From Balanoglossus misakiensis (lineage: Eukaryota > Animalia > Hemichordata): a stretch of DNA of 64,000 bases. This document shows positions 25,624 to 39,401 of this stretch, one piece after another; position 1 is the first letter of the stretch, and every line of letters starts with the position of its first letter. The translations under genes and the position numbers were made by a program. The notes under the pieces are model-generated. The model was not told the DNA's origin. It made no database searches and saw only the letters and a program-made list of their open reading frames with translations. The stretch spans positions 8,308,001 through 8,372,000 of the forward strand of contig CM082590.2 of NCBI GenBank assembly GCA_040954595.2, given 5' to 3'.

Positions 25624-28600
25624 CAGAGGGAGAAAAGAGAAGGGGAGGGTGTTGCCGGCATATATTTCATAACACAACATTAACTGACATCTTTGTATGC
25701 ATATTGTTACAACTATCAGTATCAAAACCTGGACGATAAAAATTACATTTCCCAGCGAATGGTTCTTGTGTCTCTTATTTCAAATTTGCTTCCGATATCA
25801 TGTTAACTGTGCAAGGACATTATAATGAGACAGTTCCATGCATGTGTGAAAGACATTTATTTCTCAAGAAAATGGCTCTGAATTGCTTCATTTGGAACCA
25901 TGGAACCCACTGCTGTGCGTTTGCTTGATCTTTTTCCAGAATGTCCCAATGGACGTTATGGCTCGGGGTGTACGGGCCTTTGCTACTGTGTATGGAACAG
26001 TGTCTGCAGTCCCCACGATGGTACCTGCACTTGTGTACACGGTTACACTGGTGAAGACTGCGATATTCCGTGTGATTCTCTGCACTACGGCCCCAACTGC
26101 TCGGAAACCTGCAACTGCACCAATGCTGCTATATGTGATCCGTACCACGGCAACTGCAGGTGTCGGCCAGGGTGGACCGGGTCAGACTGCGGCGAGTCCT
26201 GCCCGGATGGTTTCCACGGTGACCAGTGTGGAAACCACTGCCTGTGCGAGAACGGTGGCGCCTGCGACCCGGTCAGTGGGGCGTGCTCGTGCCAGACAGG
26301 TTGGAGGGGGGTTCACTGTACCGAACCCTGCGACAGCCAGCACTACGGGCCCAACTGCAAAGACCAATGCCACTGCAACCATGGTGGCACGTGTGATAGA
26401 TTCATCGGGTGTCAATGTGGACCAGGGTGGAATGGTACATACTGCAATGAGAGCTGTCCTCTGGGCTTCTATGGTGATGGCTGCAAAGAATCTTGCAGTT
26501 GTCCTAATGCCTCTACATGTGACCATGTTGATGGAAGCTGTCTTGGTAAGTTATTCCCATATATAAACTGTCTGACTAACTGTAAAACACTTTATTTTCG
26601 CGAGTTGAAATTTTCGCGATATCGAGAGAGGCCACTGTTTCGCGTTGTCCTATTTCATTCACTGCATCCTTATCTTCAAAAAAAAAATTACGCGACTTTT
26701 TATTTTCACGCTATTTTGGCTCTCGCATATTCGCGAAAATTTATTGCTCGCGAAAATAAAGTGTTTTACAGTATTTGCATGTACTTCTTTCATGAGTACT
26801 TTCAATGGTCGAAATTTATACTAAATAATAATCATTTTTTAATTTGTTTCAGCTTGTCCGTATGGTCAGTTTGGAGCTGGTTGCCAGACACCTTGTCAAT
26901 GTCATCCAGTAGGCGCTGACGGTTGTCACCCTAAAGACGGATCATGTCAATGCAACCCTGGATATACTGGCACGTCATGTAGCATCCCATGCGATCCAAA
27001 CCATTTTGGCTCAGATTGTTCTCAGTCCTGTACTTGTCGAAATGGCGCCGTCTGCGACCGATTTGATGGAACCTGTACTTGCCAACGCGGTTACTATGGA
27101 GAGAACTGTGACAACTTTTGTAGTTGTCATAACAACGCCACGTGCGATCCTATAACCGGGACCTGTCTCTGTTCTGACGGCTGGCGTGGGTCTGACTGCA
27201 GCTTAAAGTGCACTCCAGGTTTCTACGGAGATGGATGTCAACATCAGTGTTTATGTGAAAACAAAGCAACATGTGATTCTGTGACCGGTGAATGTTTATG
27301 TACGGCTGGATGGCGCGGGGAACGCTGTGAATTGTCTTGTCCGACTGGTTACTACGGCAATGGATGTAAGCATGCGTGCAAATGCGAACATAACTCCACT
27401 TGCGATGCTTTCGATGGGAAGTGTATCTGCAGTCCTGGTTGGGAGGGCGAACATTGCGAACAGCCATGCAAATCTGGTCACTATGGAAACAGATGCGAGT
27501 CTGTGTGTAACTGTCGAAATAACGCCACCTGCAATCCAATACAAGGTACATGTTACTGCCCACCAGGTTGGCATGGTGAGGACTGCATGTTGCCATGCCC
27601 ACTAGATTACTATGGCAACAAGTGCGAACAACCGTGCAACTGCCTGAACAATTCAACTTGCGACGCTGTGACTGGGCGTTGCCAATGTCTCCCTGGTTGG
27701 CAAGGAGCCAACTGCGGCTCGCCTTGTCCAGATGGTTTCCATGGCAGCGACTGCAAAGAGGTCTGCGACTGCGACAACAATAGCACGTGCGATGCCATCG
27801 ACGGGAGATGTGACTGTTTACCAGGCTGGAGAGGAGAGAGTTGTCAGTCGCCATGCCAACACGGTTCCTTCGGTTCCCGATGCAGAGGGCGATGTGACTG
27901 TCTCAACAATGGAACCTGCGACAAGACTGACGGAACATGCGCGTGCAGGCCTGGTTGGCATGGAAACAGATGCGAGTTAAGGTGCCCGTCTGGTTTCTAT
28001 GGAGAGGGTTGTGAGGAAATCTGTATGTGTAGCGACAACGCAACTTGTCATCATATCGACGGACGATGTGTGTGTCCAGCAGGCTGGTGTGGAAATAACT
28101 GTGATTCTCCCTGCCAAACTGGTTCCTTTGGATTAGACTGCGCTGGCAGCTGCCACTGTTCGAATAATGGTACTTGCGATCCAACTTCTGGCAAATGCAG
28201 TTGTGGCATTGGTTGGTATGGTGACAAGTGTTCCCTGCCGTGTCCTTCAGGTTTCTACGGTGACAACTGCACACATGAGTGTGGGTGTCTGAATGGTGCA
28301 ACGTGTGATAGATTCATTGGCTGCGTCTGTGAACCTGGTTGGCAGGGTCGACACTGCAGCGAGGGATGTCTTCCAGGTTACTATGGACACGGTTGTCAAC
28401 GACCGTGTCCGTGCCAGAAGAACTCCACTGAGGGAACTTGTGATCCTGTCAGTGGACTGTGTCATTGCAAGGCAGGATGGACAGGACGACAGTGCAACAG
28501 AGTTTGTGAGTTGGGCAAATACGGACCAGATTGTCAGTGGAACTGCTCCTGCTTAAATACGGAGATCTGCGATCGCTTCGATGGGACGTGCTCGTGCAAT

Positions 28601-30831
28601 GAAGGCTGGCATGGCACCAACTGTAGTCAACCATGCGTGCCTGGACACTACGGCGACAACTGCAGTCAGGTCTGCGAATGCAGCGAGAATGCTGACTGCG
28701 ACCATGTGACCGGGAAGTGCGAGTGCCCCCCTGGTTACCAGGGTCAGCGATGTCAACAAACATGCCCGGATGGTCACTATGGTGACGGATGTAAACAACG
28801 GTGTGACTGTAAACATTCTGGCAGTTGTCACCACGTGTTTGGATGCAAGTGCTTGCCTGGTTGGAATGCACCCACCTGCAGTGAGACGTGTGATTTTGGT
28901 CATTACGGTGAAGAGTGTGGTTATATATGTCCGGTGTGTCCCTTTAACCTTACATGTGATCATGTGACAGGGGATTGTCCAGAATGTCCTGCAGGGTTTA
29001 CTGGAAAGATGTAAGTTGTTCCTTTTGTAATTTGATGTTAGACTACTACTATGTGTACTAAGATTTGCTAACATTGGACAATCAGATTAATAACCAACTG
29101 ATTTTTTTATTTGAACATTCGAAATGATCAGTTTTGTTTTTAATTTTTACATGTATGCTTCTAATGTTTATATATGACGTGCGACTGATTAAGGAAGGAT
29201 TGTATTTGTTATAACATTGTAAAATACGCTTGTACCATCTACAATCACTATGAGAACCCTTTAAATGAATCCCAGTTTTATCCAATAGGGTACACCACAC
29301 CACAATTTATATGTCGTCACTTCTAATGCGTTCACAGGTGTGACACCAGGTGCACTGAAGGATTCTATGGTATTGGTTGTAACCAGATATGTGAATGCTG
29401 CAAGGACTGTACATGTGATCCGGTCAGTGGAAGTTGTTCTGGTGAGCTTATTTGTCATATGGTTTCTGCGTCGTATGTTGGGCGACACCTAGTGCGGAAG
29501 CTACAGTTACTTTTGTCTTTTCTCTACTATTCTCAGCAAGCAATTAAGTAATTAGTTTAGCAAGCTAATCTTTCGATTGCTTGCTGGTATAATTACATGC
29601 ATAAATACTGAGGTTATTCAGGAGTTAATTAATAAGTGGTTAAATTAAGAAGCGAATTATGACATTAATAATATCCTATATAAAGGAGAAATTCGGATAC
29701 GTTCTCAGAAAGCCAGGCTTGAAAGGGATTATTTAAGTAATTTTTAATATCTTTGCCCATTTTAGGTGATTTTGCCACGCCCAATGAGCCGTCTGGATCC
29801 AACATTTCCAAGCGGAAAACAATAAAACCCAGCATATTGCTGATAATGATTGTCATTGCCGTGGTTCTAGTACTTGTCATTGGCATTCTGTGCATTGTCT
29901 TCTTCGTCACACGTGAGAATGTCCGAAAGAAAACAACAAGCCAGGATGCAGAAGCCAGGTTGGTGGGATTATTTCAGAAGTCAAATTAGAAATGTCAACA
30001 GTATAATCGTTTGTTGTTGTTGTTGTTTTAATAAAATTTGTCCAGCAGGCAACAACTCACATGACATACCGGTAGCTATAGCTACCATAAAAGAGGATGT
30101 TTTATGCGAATAAGATACTCTACATATTCTCGAAAACTCATAAGCTATTTCTTTACACCTGCATTATTTCTATGTCAGTAAATGGAAGTGTTCTCTCAAT
30201 AGTGTAATTGAGAATGATTGAATAAATGTACCGTTGAAACATAATAACCTAATCAGGGCCTTATTATTTAAACAAAACTAATGTGGTTTTTGTTTTCTTT
30301 GCCTTAGGAACTCCTCCTTTATTGTGTCCCGTGGTTCGTTTGAATTTGATGGCGAACCGGCCGGTCGATATGCGAAAAGTGATCTACAGGGAGGTAGGTT
30401 TAATAAATGTTACTAGGTATTTATTACATAAAAGTCAATGGTTAACAGCTAGACAATGTATGTATTTGATACAAGAAGTTAACAAACTCAATAGTCATTT
30501 TTGGAAAATTGATCTGCTTTAGATGGAATATAAACACACACAATTTAAATTTTAACTCCAGCTAAGTAATGCATCATTTTTGTCTTTATTTCCAGCCGAA
30601 ACTGAGACGTCATTTTCAACTTTTGGTCGCGAAGCGGGCAGGTCCAAAGCACAGACGGCCGGCGACGCCACGCATTGCGCCAACGATGAAAATACCCCAG
30701 ATGGTGCAGAGGCACCTAGAACCAATACTGTGGAAGAAGAAACCATGGATACCATCACAAATGCTGACTATAATAAGGACTCTGATCAGAATAATCACCC
30801 TGAATCCAATAACATTAGTACACTTGATTAA
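23138..30831 (+). CDS. Receptor B: full EMI + NIM + >20 EGF-like repeats, TM, acidic tail; MEGF10/11/Draper-like (~1265 aa)
   Basis: Exons 23138-23244 (signal + LDPNGSNVC), 24649-24747 (GC donor), 25140-25243 (CCHGW), 25466-25570 (NIM-like PICSPACEYGRC..CVCDPGY), 25940-26545, 26853-29010, 29338-29441, 29766-29958 (TM), 30308-30393, 30596-30831. Total 3798 nt, open frame. Confidence 0.9.
23662..23869. mobile_element. TA-flanked MITE with CTGTAAAACACT TIRs (Tc1/mariner-type, family 4)
   Basis: ta-CTGTAAAACACTT...AAGTGTTTTACAG-ta. Further copies at 26580-26771 and 44262-44469, partial copies at ~32351-32509 and ~55214-55345. Confidence 0.8.
26580..26771. mobile_element. MITE family 4 copy
   Basis: Same TIRs and internal sequence as 23662-23869. 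Confidence 0.8.
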
Positions 30832-32078
30832 ATTTGCAGCTGTATGATGGATTAATGAATTTGTGTCATGGATGGATTTTCCATAATACATTAAAATTTG
30901 TCAGGCATTCTTACTTGATTGGTTGGTTGGTTGATCAGTCATTAGGTAGATAGATAGGTAGGTAGACGGGGAGGGCCTTAAGGGAGGGAGGAGGGTACAT
31001 ATACGTGGGTTCTCTGGTTAGAGGGAGGGAGATACAGGCAAACATACAGGCTAATTAGGTTTTTTCAGACTCTGTAATTATTTCTTTCAATGTTTTTTAC
31101 TTAGTATAATGAATGGGAATTACCACAGCACTAATGGACATGCAATAGGATCATACATGGATCCTTGGTGGAAATTTCTCTGGTGATGGAGCAATTGTTG
31201 GACATGATACTAAGCTGATGTCTTTTTAAATGTAGCTGTAATCTTAAATAATGCCTTGAATAAAACTGTCTTTATCTGCAGTTGTCAGTCTTTCATTGGA
31301 TTAACCATATGAGGTGTGACACACAGTCAGACAGACTGACAGACAGACAGACGGACAAACAGACAGACAGACAAACTGATTGATGGCTGGACAGACGGCT
31401 GAACAAACAAATAAGCAAAAATAACAACAGGAAAGGGCGTGGTTATTTGAGTGTTTGGCAGGCTGGCCTACGGTATACTTATGTCCTGATGGAGACTACT
31501 GGTACAGTACGTCTTAGAAAAGCTCAATGCTTTAATACCTATTAGTTGATCTCAGAGTGCTGTTAATTGCAAATTTCCCTATTTGGCATAAACTGAAGGC
31601 CTTCTCAGAATCAATTAGGCCACCCCTTGGTAAATAAATTGTGAACAAGGGTCCGTTGTTCTGGTGTTGTATTTTAGTCCTGCCTACCAGGTACTTTTTC
31701 CAACTGAAATGAAGTTCCAACATTTTCCAATTGTCGATAAATTACAGTGCGAAAAACTAATTACACCTCGAAATGAACTGAGAGATGTTACTAACAATAA
31801 ACCTACAATGCTCATACGACTTTTCAAAAATAACACAATGTCGCAATTGTTTATCAAGGTGTCCTGTTTCCAACATATTACTATACAGAAGTTCTCAACA
31901 AGGTTACGATAGACAAAATGTATAATTTAATCCAATTATCTCAAACAGTGCATCATATCATAGAAGTGTGATGGAAGTTGTGTGTGGCCGAACGTTCCAC
32001 TACATATCCACATGTACATTAACATGTCTTGTATCAAACATAATTAATGGGAAAAGTTAATTATGTCTAGCGCAGGAG

Positions 32079-32127
32079 CCAATCACAAGGCACCACCTCA
32101 TGGCACTGACTCTCTAAACAATATAAA
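32079..32127 (+). promoter_or_regulatory. Candidate CCAAT box and TATA box of the PAN-domain gene
   Basis: CCAAT at 32079-32083 and TATAAA at 32122-32127, 54-100 nt upstream of ATG 32181. Confidence 0.5.
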
Positions 32128-32180
32128 CCCCATGTGATCAGTTCTACCAGTTTATGTTCTGTATCACACCAGAAATCAAC

Positions 32181-34000
32181 ATGATGTGGTTTGTCGTTGC
32201 TGCCTTCGTAGTTGCTTCACACATAGCTGTGTCCTCCGGTAAGTCAATGTGTAATATTACATCTCTGACAAGAGTTAGTTGTCATAACTTTCTCTGACTT
32301 GTGTTCATGAAGGCAATTATGATGGTTGTTATCAAAATCCATAGTGCGCAAGGCCACTGTTTCGCGAGTATTGATTTTCGCGTTCTCTTATTTCATTCAC
32401 TGTATCGTTATTATAAAAAAAAAATTACGCGACTTTTTATTTTCACGCTATTTTGGCTATCGCATATTTCGGGAAAATTTATTGCTCGCGAAAATAAAGT
32501 GTTTTACAGAATGTGATGACAACATTTGTTTATTTGTTGGTCTGTTTTCTTGTTTGTTTGTTTGACAATAAAATAAATCAAATGCTTGTGTTTCCAGCGT
32601 CCATAGAGTGCTCTTTCCTAGCGGGAACGGACCTCCAAGGCAACACGCTTGAGACCATTCCCGATGTGGAGAAAGCTGGAGATTGCTGTGCCGCCTGCCA
32701 GGCAAATTCCCAATGCACCGCTTGGGCCTGGAGTACCACTGGGAAAAGCTGTTACTTGAGAGACAGTGTGACATCTGTGGTGGATGTGTCTTGGGCTGTG
32801 GCTGGAATAGTGTCTCGAAGTAAGATGCTGCATTGTTTGCAGGTTGCATTAACATGTATTAAAGGGACAAAGTCTCTCTCCAGCTGCCCCTTTTCCATTA
32901 ACTATATTTGATACAAGACACCATTTATGTTATTCTACATGTGTATATGTAGTGAATGAATGTTCAACCACACACAACTTCCATCCCGTTTGTAGGATAT
33001 GAGAGTAAAAATCTCACCAAAATGAATAAATGGTAAAGACCGATTATTCATTTTGGCGAGTTTTTGCACTCTCGTGTCTACAAGTGGGATTGAAGCTGTA
33101 TGTGGTTGGACGTTGATTCACTATATATCCACATGTAAAATAACATAAACAGTGTGTTGTATCAAACATAATTACTGGAAAAAAGGGCAGCAAGAGAGAG
33201 ACTTTGTCCCTTTAATAACATTCTTTTTACTCACTGAATCATTTCAAGTTATTGTTTGCTGTTGACTTTCTTTATGCATTTTCTTGTCACTACCAGTATG
33301 TTATTATTTACTGTAATTTTTTTTTTTTTTAACAAACCTGTTGGACAGGTCCTGACCAAGTAAATGATTTCTTCCAGGCAATGGTCAGATGAAATGTTCG
33401 GGATATGTCGGCACTGACTTGCAAGGCCCAAATTTGGCTGTCTCTACAAAGGACACTGCTGACGACTGCTGTGCTGAATGCCAAGGCAACTCCCAGTGCA
33501 CTGTGTGGGCATATAGTCTGACTACAAATAGTTGCTATTTAAGAAATGGTTTTGACACCGTCGTGAAAACATCTTGGGCTATTTCAGGAATAGTTTCTCG
33601 AGGTACGTACGATAACCTGCATGACAATCAATAGCTAGACTCACTTCTTAGGGTACTATCAGATAGAAGAATTATTGATTAGATTCACTTGGTAATTGGT
33701 TAAAATATGCAGTATGGGACATTATTAATTTTTTTCCGTGAGTTTCTTTTGAGAAAGTTCGCATTCCAGGGACATATTTTCAGAAAAGACCGGTAGTCTT
33801 CAAAATATTCTAATTCATCGTGACATTAAAAGTTTGCAAGGAGTATTTAAGAAAACTAATCGTGATGTTTCATAAAAATTTCACGTTCAGTTTTCTCCAT
33901 GTTGATAACACTGCTCACGGCCATTTTGATTGATTGATTCATTTATATCCTTAGGATATTGATTGTCATTTTATTTTCGCTCTTTTTCTACCCAGTGTAA
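32181..34000 (+). CDS. Small secreted protein with two PAN/Apple (PAN_4-type) domains (~169 aa)
   Basis: Exons 32181-32238 (signal MMWFVVAAFVVASHIAVSS), 32598-32819, 33378-33602, 33996-34000 (V-stop). Both domains show C..GTDLQG..DCCAxC.xNSQCTxWxx...SCYLR..SWAxxGIVSR. AATAAA at 34141. Confidence 0.85.
32863..33211. mobile_element. Fully palindromic TTAA-flanked MITE (Kolobok-like family 2)
   Basis: ttaa-AGGGACAAAGTCTCTCT...AGAGAGACTTTGTCCCT-ttaa with arms complementary almost to the centre. Left-half copy at ~63158-63265, right-arm fragment at ~31965-32056. Confidence 0.75.
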
Positions 34001-35786
34001 CCTGCCCTGGATATCACCACTCCAATGGATGTGTAACAGAATCATACATGCATGCTGTGAGTTTCATTGGTGATGGTTTATGCTATTAAGATGATTTCTT
34101 TGACATGTATATGTAACTTGAAATCTCCAATAGTTCACTGAATAAAGGGTCTATACAAACATCTATAGCCGTCTTCTGGGTGAAATTATTTATTTGACAA
34201 ATATGAAACAGACAGACACACACAGATGGGAGATAATATCATACTTTGCACAAATATGTTATTTTTAACCTTATATCCCTACCAGTACAGTTTGCAACAA
34301 AAACAATTACCAACGTTTTTTTTTTATCAATTCCCAATTTGATTACACTGCAAACCAATTTTTAGAGTGAATTGAAGTTATTATTAATAGACAGTTACAA
34401 CAAAGAGGTCTTGAAAAGGCAACAGACAATATACCAACGGTCAACAACATATTCCCATCCAGGCACTGCGGTGTATTTGAGCAAATGTTCTCAGGTTATT
34501 TTACACTCCTGTTTTTCTGAGAATGGTAGTTGTTTCATGTTGACACAGTGTGTTCAAATGGTATCAATATTATCAAGGGTTAAACTTTGTGGCACTTCTT
34601 TCTTATTTCTTCTTTTAATTCTCATAGATTAATAAAAATGAATCTATACACTATGACTGACTTTCTCGTGCATACATTTGGTTATCTCTGCTAGTACAAC
34701 ACACACTATACTATATGCCACTGCCCCCTCTTTGCACACTCACATATTGCATTATTGTACGGTAGAACACTTCACGTTATATTCTTGTTATTTATGATTT
34801 TATGATTAAAACATACCAGTAAATAAAAACTTAATTATTTTGGATTCAGATATGAAATTAAAGTACTACATGTACAACTGTTTACGAAATAAGTCGTTAG
34901 GAAGAAGGGGAAAAATATGCAGACATGGACACAGACACACGGGCCTACAAAATACTTTTGTCTGTTCATGATTGCTACTGTCATTTCGCAATACAATTAC
35001 TGCTATTTTTGCAATGCAATTATGGGTGATATACGAGTCAATCTTTGACAGATACGATAATTAAATTCCACTTGTACAGCAAGCCTGGCCTATGCCAGAA
35101 GTGGTGGGCAGGTATATCATGTGCTTGGTTTATTAAATTTCAGGAATATCGATACAAGTTCCTGTAGCTAACTAAACCATTTCACCCACAGTTCTGCAGC
35201 CTTACAATAGAAAACAGTGGGTTTGGACAGAACCAGGGTTAACAGGACAAAGTCGCCCTCTTGTGACCATTCTTATATACCCTCAATTGAATATGTTTCC
35301 TGTACATAACACATACTATGATTGGTTAAACTGTGTGTGCAGTTTACCTAACTAACTGTAAAGACCAGTTTCGGAAACTTCGCTGACTAGCCGCTATAGA
35401 CAGGTTTTAATGTACCGGAGAAGTAGTTAAATTCAAAAGTGACAATTGAAGATTCTTAGCCAAAACCCATGGAAAAAAAGACCACATAAACAGTCAGATA
35501 TTTAGAGAACCAGACCCGGAACATGTCCGCATAAGAGTGGACTTATTATCTCTGCCAAACAGATGGTTATTGCCGGCACATTGTAATAGTATATTGCGAG
35601 AGTATATGGGCCTGGTTCAGGACTTCCCGACATCCGACACCATATTGTGAATATATCCCCATTCTCATCTACATTTTAGAACCGCCATGCTAGTTTGGGC
35701 CAGCCCTGTTTATCCTTGGCTGCTTTTCTGTGACTTACACACAAAGCAAGAAGTGCTTGCTTCATATACAAATACCACAATCAGCT

Positions 35787-38700
35787 ATGGAGTGTTGCAT
35801 GTTGTCCAGCAGACAACGAACATTGGGCATGATCTGGGCAGTGTGCTTAATGGCAACTCTGTACCTACTGGGTGCAGAGACACAGCTTGTACGAGAAACC
35901 AAACTGTGTCAGAATGGAAGGCCGGGCATTGATTGTGGCACTCCACGCAAAGTCAGTCGTTTTCTCAAAAGAGCCGCTTCAAAATGCAATTGTGGCAGAT
36001 ACGGGAACTGCGACCCAGACACAGGTGGGTGTCACTGCGATGCTGGCTGGACTGGTGACAAATGCAAGAAGAAGTGTGACCAGGATCACTACGGGCCTGA
36101 CTGTGCCAGAGTGTGCACGTGCAGTGCTGAACATACAGATAAGTGCAATCGCATCACGGGCAGATGCAAATGCATGGATGGGTGGACAGGAGACAACTGC
36201 ACCGAGACTTGTCCCATTGGGAGATTCGGCAAGGATTGTGACAACCAATGTAACTGCCTAGACAACAGCTTTTGTGATCCTGTGACAGGTCGATGTCCTG
36301 GTAGGTTAATTTAACTGTGTCAAATCGATGATTATAGTTATGTCTCATATCAAAATGTTCACAGAGGAACATCATTCATTATCATTTATTGTCTCCTGCA
36401 TCACACTAAACTTGAATCTTTCATCAAAAAAGTTTGTCATTGACACAGTTAACTTTTCACTGGATAGTTTCTCACTTCATATTTTGTTCGAATTTCATGG
36501 TATGTGTTCTGTCGGTACACAAGACTTTTCATTGATCATTGGTGTTTTCTTCCAGATTGTCCAGAAAGATTTTATGGTTCAACATGCTATGATATTTGTA
36601 CGTGTAATAAGTATGGAGCTGTATGTAACTCCACCGACGGCAGCTGTACTTGCAGTGATGGATGGACTGGACCACAGTGTGACAACAAATGCGATTCAGA
36701 CCACTTCGGTCCGAACTGTTCCCAGTTATGCTCGTGCAAAAACGACGCACTCTGCCACCACGTCAGCGGTAAATGTACCTGTCTACCAGGCTGGCAAGGG
36801 AAACAATGTGGTTTCCCATGTCCTCATGGTTCATATGGGGATGGGTGTGCTTTTAATTGTCTCTGTGAACATGGCGCTTTGTGTGATCCCTCGACTGGCA
36901 AGTGTGAATGCACCCCAGGGTGGATGGGTGTACACTGCGATGAAAGATGTCCAAATGGGTTCTACGGAAACGCTTGTGAAAACACTTGTAGTTGTCAATC
37001 TAATTCATCCTGTGACCCAGTCACTGGCAAGTGCCTGAATTACGGTAAGTCAATGATTCTATCTCGATCAAACAATGCCCGGAGCATACATGTATATATA
37101 TAGTAGAGTGTGCAAGGGAACTAAGGCTGTTTTGACATAGGCGGTGTATTACTGTTCAGTTTTGTGTAAGCGGGGCCTACACTCGTCAGATACTGATGCC
37201 TGAATGATGGAGGGTGTGGACATATATATATATATTTTTATTTCCATATGGTCGATCAAATGACTCTGTCTGTATACTATCGTATGTCACTGTTTATGGC
37301 AACAACATTTTGATATGTAAATCGAAGGTGACCATGTACCTTTAACATAGCTTTACAGACCTCCGCATTCTTTTTAGCAAATCGAGTATCTTTCTTTCAG
37401 ACTGTCCACATGGTTTTCACGGACCAAGATGCAGTAACCACTGTAATTGTTCCAGCAATGCAATCTGTGAACCCACAGATGGAACTTGCAGGTGTCACAT
37501 GGGCTGGACCGGACAACACTGCGAACGATGTGATGCTGGTTACTATGGCAACAACTGTGACAAAAAATGCCCAACGTGTCTGCCTAATACAACATGCGAC
37601 CCAGTTACCAGAAAATGTGGCGTTTGTCCCGCAGGACTTACCGGAAGCAGGTGTTGTAGCCGATTAGAGATTGAAATCAAACAAAATTCTAGATCAGTAT
37701 AAAATATTTGAAACCTATCAACTGAGAAATAGCACAAATGATTATTTGATTATTAATCCCACTGTTCTGACCTCAGCGTTTCTCTTTGCCAATTTTCAGA
37801 TGTAACAAAACATGCGACAGTGGATTGTACGGACCAGGATGTAAAGCCGAATGCAAGTGTTGTTTGGCATGTCACTGCGACCCAGTCAATGGCCGTTGCC
37901 ATGGTAAGTGGTAGTAGTTGGCTTTCTGAAGAACTATTTTTATTAGGCATATTATGCCTCAGTGATGAGAATGCACTCACAATTCATACTGAAGTTGTGA
38001 GACAATATCGCGTCACTATTGAATACTCCTTATACTTTATAACTAAAGAACAGAATTCCATTATTTGTTATTTATTATCTAGTGTTCATGTGGAATGTCA
38101 ATGTATAATGTACAAGGATCTTACTACCCCGCAATAAAATCAAAACCATGGACAGAAGTTTTGGCATAGACCATAGTCTATGCCAAAACTAGACTATGGT
38201 CTATGCCAAATAAAGATGAAAAATACAACTACATGTACTTAGACTCTTTGATATTTTAATTCAATTCAGGTGATGATGTTTCAGATCATGGGCTACAGCC
38301 TACCATCTTGGTTGAGCTATCTTCCCAACCATATGAAACAAATAGGGTTGTACAGACACTGGATAGAGAGTCTCTAACACCAAGCGAGAAGGCACTGACA
38401 GCTCTGATAGCGGTCGCCACTGTGCTTTTTATCATCGTCATCGCCTGTGTGACGGTGCTGCTGACTTGTGGTGGCGGTCTCCAGTGGAAACATCACAGGC
38501 AGACGTTGGACGAGAGGTGAGGTGTGATTCTCGCACTCTTGGCATGCTAAGAGTGTACGATCAGAGTGTGAGAACAAATCGATCCCACACTCTCACTGAA
38601 TCAAAAGCTGTATATGACACAAGCGCTGATTGGATGACAAAACGTTCTTGAATTAACACACGCTAAATGTTATCCAATGAGGCGAAGTGTATAATACACA

Positions 38701-39401
38701 GCCAGAATTTACAAATCCCGAACTCGAGTGAGAAATATGATGCCAGGTCCTTGGGAATGCCAGATTCTATTTATTCTCAATAAGGCTACTTCACCATGAT
38801 GTCTGACACGTCAACATTTGTCTTGTTAAAGAGCAGAGGTCGTCGCGCCGCATGGGTGTCCCCCTTGATGAGAATACGTCCTCCTATACAAGCGCAAACC
38901 CCACTGCAGTCGCCACAACCTACTAGAATCTTAAGTTGCTGTCATGCCCAGTCTACGCTACGGTTGGCTGCTTCGTTCATTCTAAGAATCATCTAATTTC
39001 AAGGATTTGTACAAGAATTGTAACGTTTATGAACAAACAAACACGGCGCGACGACCGCTTCCTTTTAATTATTTCTAAAACTGAAGTGGATGTTGATTTT
39101 TATCTGTTTTTCAGAGAGAGACCAGGCTCCAATGCAGATGTCACATCTTCTAGTAACGTGGATGATCGCAGAGGTAATTATTTAATCACATCCATTCACT
39201 GTACTTTATCAATACACTCTTTTTAACATATTAATAATGACAAACACATAAGATTAAAGTCCAACTGAATATAGATAATTGGTCAAACGAAGTTATAACG
39301 CGATTTTTAGTTTTTGCATTTTTACTTTTTTTTTTACTTTTTTAATAGGTGAAGCTGAGACTATGTTTGGTAGCCATGATGAGGCATCTGACAGCAGTTG
39401 A
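35787..39401 (+). CDS. Receptor C: EMI-less multi-EGF type I receptor with short Tyr-free tail (~571 aa)
   Basis: Exons 35787-36300 (signal peptide fused directly to EGF repeats), 36556-37044, 37401-37650, 37800-37903, 38270-38516 (TM), 39115-39173, 39349-39401. Total 1716 nt in frame; AATAAA near 39643. Confidence 0.85.
38830..39064. mobile_element. TTAA-flanked MITE (family 3)
   Basis: Inverted GGTCGTCGCGCCG / CGGCGCGACGACC near the ends, TTAA flanks. Inverted homologue at 47434-47793. Confidence 0.7.

Noticed and set aside
27150-29074. Long antisense and alternate-frame ORFs over EGF exons (also at 14073-14549 and 49179-49886)
   Set aside because: Shadow ORFs of Cys/Gly-rich coding sequence; no independent features.
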